DNA of 64,000 bases from Candidatus Magasanikiibacteriota bacterium (lineage in GTDB: Bacteria > Patescibacteriota > Patescibacteriia > Magasanikbacterales > UBA922). The translations under genes and the position numbers were made by a program. This document shows, one piece after another, positions 57,993 to 64,000 of this stretch. The DNA lies in NCBI GenBank assembly GCA_018650645.1, contig JABIFP010000020.1, positions 82,529 through 146,528 of the forward strand, in the 5' to 3' direction. A model generated the notes under the pieces. That model had not been told where the DNA came from and made no database searches. It was given only the letters and a program-made list of their open reading frames with translations. Position 1 is the first letter of the stretch; each line of letters starts with the position of its first letter.

Positions 57993-60350
57993 ATGTTTAT
58001 CAAAAAATACTTCAACTGGCTCCAGAAGGATAATCCCGTTGGAGACGTCGTCTTGTATCCAGAGCTCTCTACGGATAGAGAGACTTCGCTTAAGGGTGTC
58101 TATATTGCCGGAGACCTCACTGGAATTCCTCTTTTAAAGATGGCCACAAACGGTGCTGCAAATATCGTCAAAAAGCTGCAATTTGATCAATGGAAGAAAA
58201 CCAAACGGATGATGGATGCCATTGAAGCCGATAAAAAGCTAAAGAACACAGATTCTACTCAATCACATAGACCCAACAGTTTTGATATTGTCATTGTTGG
58301 CGCAGGCCCAGCTGGAATCTCTGCAGCGCTTGAGGCAAAGCGCAGAGGCTACTCGTATGTAGTATTAGAAGCATCGGACAGACTCTTCAATACCATAGAA
58401 AACTTTCCCAAAGGAAAGCCGATGTTTTATGAACCAAAAGCATTGAAAGAAGAAACAGCAATGACCATGGTTGGAAAAACAAAGGAAGAACTCCTTGGGC
58501 ACTTAAAAAATATTGTAGACAAGCATGAACCAAACATAGTATTTGGTCAGAAAGTCGATTTGATTGAAGTGGAAAGTGATGGTACCCACAAAATTTCAAC
58601 AAAAGCAGACACATACCATGCAAAGAAAACTATTTTAGCATCTGGCAAAAGTGGCCATAGTAGAAAGCTCGGTATTCCCGGGGAGCATCTTTCTCATGTC
58701 ACAAACTGTTTATACGATCCGCAAGAATATTCAGGCAAGCAAGTATTAGTTATTGGTGGTGGTGACAGTGCGCTTGAAAGTGCTGCGCTACTAGAAAAGG
58801 CTGGTGCAAAAGTAACAGTTTGTTATAGAAAAAAAGAATTCGTGCGGCCAAAGCCAGATAATATTCAAACAGCACTTACTCTGCAAGAGTATGGCAAGCT
58901 CACTCTTTTATTTGAATCAAGTCCAAAAGAAATTAGAGAAAAAGAAGTCGATATTGATGTTGCAGGAGAGCGCAAAACCTTTTCTTTTGATCATGTCTTC
59001 ACCCTGATTGGTACACAACTCCCTTACGAATTTTTTGATAAGTGCGGCATCAAAATTGAAAATGCAAAAACAAAAACCACCTATTGGTGGATGGCATTTT
59101 CTGTTGCCTTTATGAATGTTGTGTATTTTGGAAAAGCCTCAAACGGTATTACCGGCCATGCTGGAGCAGCGGAATTTACCAATATAGTTGCGGGTAATCC
59201 TACAGAAATCATCTTTAAAACAATTGCTTGGCTAAGCGCAATTGCAATGATTGTAACGGGCGTGGTTGTACTAAAAGACTTAATTAAAAACTGGAAGAAA
59301 TATTTCACGAATAAATGGGATTATATCCGCAACGGATACTTCTTTGCAGCCATGGTACTCTTTATCTTTTCTTTTTTTGGTAACAAATATTTCAACTTCA
59401 ATTTAGGAAATCAGGATCCATACTTTTGGTACAGCTTCCTCTATACCACAACTATTGGGCTATTTGGCCTGCGGCGCATTGTAGTAACCAAAAAAACGTA
59501 CGTCACCAAACAAACGATTCTCCTCTTTTTGATCCAAGCACTTCCCCTCTTCTTTATTCCAAACTTTGTATTGCCCTGGATGGATGCACATGGATTAATC
59601 TCTGAATGGGTACGCCAAACAGTGTTCCTTGGTGGCGAATGGTGGCGATTCGTTGGATTTATTCTTGCCTGGCCGCTGTTTATCTGGAATGTGTTTACCG
59701 ATCAGCCAAGTATCTTCTGGCTTGTTACCAGTTTGATTCAAACCTTTGTAATTATTCCATTTTTGGTTATCAAATATGGAAAAGGAGCCTACTGCGGTTG
59801 GATTTGTAGCTGCGGCGCAATGGCAGAAACACTCGGTGACGAATACAGAAAGCTTGCGCCACATGGAGCAAAAGCAAAAAAATGGGATAATGCCGGACAA
59901 GTGATATTGTTTATCATAATGGCCATTACTATTCTGAGACTCCTCGGATATGTCCCGAGTCTTTCTGGAGCACTTGCTGGCATAAACTCCGTACTCCTCG
60001 ATGGATATAAAATTATCGTTGATACCTTTTTAGCTGGAACTGTTGGTGTAGCACTATACTTCTTTATGGGTGGCCGTGTGTGGTGCAGATTCTTCTGCCC
60101 GCTGGCTGCACTTATGCACATCTACAACAAATTCTCTACCTGGCGCATTTTGTCTGACAAAAAGAAATGTATTTCTTGCGGTCTTTGTACTAAATCGTGC
60201 CACATGGGAATCGATGTGATGGGATACGCACAGACAGGAAGAGTATTAGACGATGTGGAGTGTGTAAATTGTAGCGCTTGTGTGAATGTGTGTCCTACTG
60301 GAGTGTTGAGTTTTGGAAGATATGGGAAGGTTTGGAATAAGAAAATATGA
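57993..60350 (+). CDS. FAD/NAD(P)H oxidoreductase fused to a membrane 4Fe-4S (NapH/YccM-like) domain
   Basis: GAGPAG and GGGDSA Rossmann motifs, TM block, YCGWICSCG, WCRFFCP, two CxxCxxCxxxC motifs. Confidence 0.88.
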   Translation: MFIKKYFNWLQKDNPVGDVVLYPELSTDRETSLKGVYIAGDLTGIPLLKMATNGAANIVKKLQFDQWKKTKRMMDAIEADKKLKNTDSTQSHRPNSFDIVIVGAGPAGISAALEAKRRGYSYVVLEASDRLFNTIENFPKGKPMFYEPKALKEETAMTMVGKTKEELLGHLKNIVDKHEPNIVFGQKVDLIEVESDGTHKISTKADTYHAKKTILASGKSGHSRKLGIPGEHLSHVTNCLYDPQEYSGKQVLVIGGGDSALESAALLEKAGAKVTVCYRKKEFVRPKPDNIQTALTLQEYGKLTLLFESSPKEIREKEVDIDVAGERKTFSFDHVFTLIGTQLPYEFFDKCGIKIENAKTKTTYWWMAFSVAFMNVVYFGKASNGITGHAGAAEFTNIVAGNPTEIIFKTIAWLSAIAMIVTGVVVLKDLIKNWKKYFTNKWDYIRNGYFFAAMVLFIFSFFGNKYFNFNLGNQDPYFWYSFLYTTTIGLFGLRRIVVTKKTYVTKQTILLFLIQALPLFFIPNFVLPWMDAHGLISEWVRQTVFLGGEWWRFVGFILAWPLFIWNVFTDQPSIFWLVTSLIQTFVIIPFLVIKYGKGAYCGWICSCGAMAETLGDEYRKLAPHGAKAKKWDNAGQVILFIIMAITILRLLGYVPSLSGALAGINSVLLDGYKIIVDTFLAGTVGVALYFFMGGRVWCRFFCPLAALMHIYNKFSTWRILSDKKKCISCGLCTKSCHMGIDVMGYAQTGRVLDDVECVNCSACVNVCPTGVLSFGRYGKVWNKKI

Positions 60351-60390
60351 TGCCTAATAACTTCATACCGAAATTTTTGTAAATTCAAAT

Positions 60391-61386
60391 ATGCTAACCA
60401 GTACCATTACTTCTAGTACCGAATCAGTAAATATAGCTAAATTAATTATAAAAAACATTGATCTCATAACTTTGTTTTCTACAATTTCTATAGCTCTCTT
60501 AGGCTGGCTTATATCAATTTTAATCCAAGGCAAAATCGTAAAAAAACAGCACAGGATAGCGATAGGGTATGCTATATACAAAGAATTTGTAAAACTTCAC
60601 ATGGAAGTACAAAACACCCTAAGTACATTAAACGCAAGCTCTAGACCGCCCTTTATAATAATGGAAACTATTATGATTGTTCGGCCTCAGACTAGTATTG
60701 AAATAACCCATGTAATTGAAGCAGGCAAAGAGTGGGAAAAATTCATTAATAAATTAAACACTTTATATTTTGACTTTACTGATAAATACCTTGAAATTCT
60801 TTATCTCTTTTCTGACTGGGAAGCAGCGTTTAAATCACTAGCATTCACTAAAAATTGCTTGTCTGAGGAAATCAACTCTCTAAAATCAAAAATATATTCT
60901 GATATATCAATATTGCAAATGTACACAGTAGATCACGGATACGATTGGAGAAAATGGGATAGAAAGGAGATTGAGATAATCATTAATAGGATCGCTGAAA
61001 ATATACTTGATATTACCAGCTATCTTGGAGATTTTATGATTCTTCTCCACAATGAAACCTTATCCAATTATTTCAAGCAAAAACGTGAAATACGAATGAC
61101 AACAGATCCCAGATATAGAGTTTTAACAAAAAAAGGTATAGTAGAGAATCTAGATGTTAACCTGATCGAAAAAATGAAAAAACACAAAAGTATACATGAT
61201 GAAACAATAGAAAAAGAACTACTCGTTACTACTCCCTCTGATAAAAAGAATCTAAACTTGCGAAAAGCAGGAATCTGTCCAGACTGTAACACAGATATTG
61301 AAGTAAAAGATACTATAGTGGAGACAGAAAAAACGTTTTTTTCTTATACCTGTGGTCATGGATGGAATGTATTCTCACAAAAATGA
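60391..61386 (+). CDS. Hypothetical AT-rich protein, N-terminal TM and C-terminal Zn-ribbon-like motif
   Basis: 331-aa ORF; CPDC...YTCGH. Confidence 0.7.
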   Translation: MLTSTITSSTESVNIAKLIIKNIDLITLFSTISIALLGWLISILIQGKIVKKQHRIAIGYAIYKEFVKLHMEVQNTLSTLNASSRPPFIIMETIMIVRPQTSIEITHVIEAGKEWEKFINKLNTLYFDFTDKYLEILYLFSDWEAAFKSLAFTKNCLSEEINSLKSKIYSDISILQMYTVDHGYDWRKWDRKEIEIIINRIAENILDITSYLGDFMILLHNETLSNYFKQKREIRMTTDPRYRVLTKKGIVENLDVNLIEKMKKHKSIHDETIEKELLVTTPSDKKNLNLRKAGICPDCNTDIEVKDTIVETEKTFFSYTCGHGWNVFSQK

Positions 61387-62729
61387 ATCTAGATACCAAA
61401 ATATTGAGAAAAAAAATATTTAGTTGGTCGCTCTCCATTTTATCTATTTCTGGAGCTTCTCTTTTCATATCCCAATTTTCCCAACCCCTCCTCCACCCAA
61501 CAAAACTCACCACCACCCTAGCAGTCATGTTCCTCGGCTACCTCGGTATTCTTTATCTGAAACCTAAAAACCTCTGGCTTATTTTGGGAACCAGCATCAC
61601 GGCCCAACTCATCTTCCTTTTCATGCCGGCATTCTTCAATGACTTCTACCGCTACCTGTGGGATGGAAATATGCTCCTGCAAGGAATCAGTCCATATGCA
61701 CTTACTCCATGGGATGTCTTTGATACCCCAGCCCTCCAATCACTCACAGATGTGTGGTACTGGGATTCCTTGTACTTTAAATGGAGCAACACCATTTATC
61801 CACCAACTCTCCAGCTGGTCTTTGCCTTTGCAAATGCCATCAAGCTGAACAGTACGCTCGTATTAAAATCAATCTTCTTTCTATTTAACCTAGGAACCTT
61901 TGGCATTGCTATCAAACTCCTAGACCACCTCAAACAACCGCGCTACCTGATTGCACTTATCGCCCTCAATCCCCTTTTTCTTTTTGAAACGATGGCCGCC
62001 GGGCATTTTGAACCGATTCTCCTATTCTTCCTTTTGCTTACATTGTATTTACTCGTCAGAAACAAACACATATTAGCGGGCCTAAGTTTTGGCGCACTGA
62101 TTCTTACCAAATATTTTCCAATTTTACTCGCGCCACTATTTATCTTGAAAAAAAGATACAAATGGTGGATCTCTGCGCTCATAACAATTGTAACAATGAG
62201 TCTGCTGTATCTTCCGTTTGTACTCCTCACACCTGACACTTTTCAGCTGTTTGAATCTCTGAAAACGTTTCATGCCGATTGGGTAATGAGCCCAGGGATT
62301 TTTGCACTGCTGCAGATTGCTTTTGGATATGGCACGGCAAAAATCCTAAGCATGCTACTGACCATTGGTGCCACACTCCTTGCCTATAGATCTTTTTCCA
62401 AACACCAAAACATTTTTGAAGCTACCTGGCAAATCCTTTTTGCGCTCATTATATTCTCTTCCGTTGTATTCTCTTGGTATGTATTATGGCTTGTGGTGCT
62501 CCTTCCATTTGTAAAATACCGACTGTCCACTATTGCATTATCAGGAGTAGTCCTGCTACAGTACCTAGTACTCTACTACAGTAGCGCCGAGCAAACATTC
62601 CTATACCGCCAAAACGGGCAGGTCTGGTGGCTACAGCTACTGATTTGGGTGCCTCCACTTTTTGCATTTGCATATGAAGCCTACAAACACAAACGCACTC
62701 TTCTTTTACGCTCGTCCAAAAACGAGTAA
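61383..62729 (+). CDS. GT-C membrane glycosyltransferase (GT87-like)
   Basis: NDFYRYLWDG, TIYPP, LNPL...E...GHFE, K..P; many TM segments. Confidence 0.82.
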   Translation: MNLDTKILRKKIFSWSLSILSISGASLFISQFSQPLLHPTKLTTTLAVMFLGYLGILYLKPKNLWLILGTSITAQLIFLFMPAFFNDFYRYLWDGNMLLQGISPYALTPWDVFDTPALQSLTDVWYWDSLYFKWSNTIYPPTLQLVFAFANAIKLNSTLVLKSIFFLFNLGTFGIAIKLLDHLKQPRYLIALIALNPLFLFETMAAGHFEPILLFFLLLTLYLLVRNKHILAGLSFGALILTKYFPILLAPLFILKKRYKWWISALITIVTMSLLYLPFVLLTPDTFQLFESLKTFHADWVMSPGIFALLQIAFGYGTAKILSMLLTIGATLLAYRSFSKHQNIFEATWQILFALIIFSSVVFSWYVLWLVVLLPFVKYRLSTIALSGVVLLQYLVLYYSSAEQTFLYRQNGQVWWLQLLIWVPPLFAFAYEAYKHKRTLLLRSSKNE

Positions 62730-63972
62730 CTTTTCTGGTAAAACAAGAATTGGCAGCGCGATTGGTAATCAGCCATGGGCAAATGATTTGGCAAAGGCAC
62801 TCATTACCGATATGCATACTGAATATGCACAGTTCGGGTCTTCTTATGATTTGTATACACCTGAAGATTTTCCGCACTTAGATTTTGAGCAAGTCGATAC
62901 TGGCATGCATAAAATGTTTCAGACACTTTTGCAAACATATGAGCGAGTTATTATTGTGGGGTCCGACATACCATGGGTTACACAACAAATTATTGAAGCG
63001 AGTTTTTCACTACTCGATACACACGACGCGACAATAATCCCAACCATTGATAAGGGGTATGGCCTAATTGGCATGCGTACGTACGTAGATCTGTTTACAG
63101 ATATTTCACAGTGGAAAAGCCGCGCTAGCGATTATAATTTAGCTACAGAAACTATTGCACTCGCTGAAAAAAAGGGCAAATCTTTGCGCGTGCAAGAAGA
63201 AGTATTTGATATAGATGAAGTGGAAGACATTTCGCTTCTGGCAGAACACATTGATGAATATCCTCACATGAGAAATGTAGATGCCTTTTTAGAAAAACAA
63301 CCAATTCCGTTTAAGGTAAGTATTGTTATCCCTACATACAATGAAGAAGCGAACATTGCACAAGTGGTTTCAGCGCATACGCATGCGGGCATAGAAATCA
63401 TTGTTGCAGACGGCGGCAGTACTGATGCAACGGTTTCTTTAGCCACAAATGCAGGAGCTACCATAATCACTAGTGATGGAGGCCGAGGTGGCTCACTACG
63501 AGCAGGAGCAAAGGCTGCATCCAATGACCTACTCCTCTTTTTACACGCAGATACTGTGCTACCAAAAGGCTGGCTTAAAGCTATCCAGCATGCTATTACA
63601 GAAGGAGCTGTTGGTGGCGCCTTTAAACTCTCTTTCAATAATAGCCATTGGTTTTATACCGGTGGTGCGGCTTACGCAAATATGCGCGCACGCGTCTGCA
63701 GTGCCTATCACGGAGATCAAGCTATGTTTATTCTCCGCAGTGTATATGAATCAATTGGCGGATTTCCTGACGTTCCTATTATGGAAGATGTCATGCTCTC
63801 AAAAAAAATGAAAAAGGCTGGAAAAACAAATCAAGTTCCACTTTCTGTTATTTCTTCCGATAGGCGTATCAAAAATTATGGCAGAATAAAAAGCACCTTT
63901 CGGTACTTCTTAATGAAATCACTTTTTTACTTCGGTGCTTCTCCTTCACTGCTTACAAAAATTTATCGCTAA
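62674..63972 (+). CDS. Fusion of DUF2064/TIGR04282-like transferase and TIGR04283-like GT2
   Basis: N half: KTRI, IIVGSDIP, P..D.GYGLIG, DID..ED; C half: SIVIPTYNEE, DGGSTD, FLHADT, GDQ, MEDV, SDRR. Confidence 0.85.
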   Translation: MKPTNTNALFFYARPKTSNFSGKTRIGSAIGNQPWANDLAKALITDMHTEYAQFGSSYDLYTPEDFPHLDFEQVDTGMHKMFQTLLQTYERVIIVGSDIPWVTQQIIEASFSLLDTHDATIIPTIDKGYGLIGMRTYVDLFTDISQWKSRASDYNLATETIALAEKKGKSLRVQEEVFDIDEVEDISLLAEHIDEYPHMRNVDAFLEKQPIPFKVSIVIPTYNEEANIAQVVSAHTHAGIEIIVADGGSTDATVSLATNAGATIITSDGGRGGSLRAGAKAASNDLLLFLHADTVLPKGWLKAIQHAITEGAVGGAFKLSFNNSHWFYTGGAAYANMRARVCSAYHGDQAMFILRSVYESIGGFPDVPIMEDVMLSKKMKKAGKTNQVPLSVISSDRRIKNYGRIKSTFRYFLMKSLFYFGASPSLLTKIYR

Positions 63973-64000
63973 ACGTTTTCGTCTACTCGCGGTACCAGTA

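Noticed and set aside
1-64000. Alternative genetic code 25 (TGA = Gly)
   Set aside because: Conserved genes are intact under code 11 and several end in TGA.

Overview
Chromosomal window of a small-genome bacterium, most likely Patescibacteria/CPR (ABY1/Parcubacteria-like; inferred from the split comEC, short AlaRS, RpoA lacking its C-terminal domain, tight gene packing without Shine-Dalgarno motifs and GxGC lipoproteins). TGA is used as a stop, so genetic code 11. Most genes are on the minus strand: holB, mreB, mutY, Ca-binding repeat surface proteins, comEC, a dTDP-sugar/glycosyltransferase cluster, the infA-rpmJ-rpsM-rpsK-rpsD-rpoA-rplQ-rplM-rpsI operon, alaS, mnmA, a T4CP/HerA-like ATPase, murG-ftsW, pheST and rseP. 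Plus-strand genes include rpmA, lemA-htpX, a MutS-HNH fusion and an oxidoreductase/glycosyltransferase cluster. The most notable observations are: (1) an unannotated ~250-nt tRNA-like RNA (42816-43064) whose anticodon arm is replaced by a ~175-nt structured domain and which has its own terminator; (2) a MutS7-type MutS-HNH fusion; (3) a candidate anti-SD small RNA with 12-nt perfect complementarity to the ribosome-binding site of a nearby stand-alone receiver-domain gene; (4) several GC-rich single-gene cassettes, each with its own promoter and terminator; (5) an orphan gene flanked by an exact 32-bp terminator duplication. GC statements are visual estimates and family names are recognised from motifs, not from database searches.
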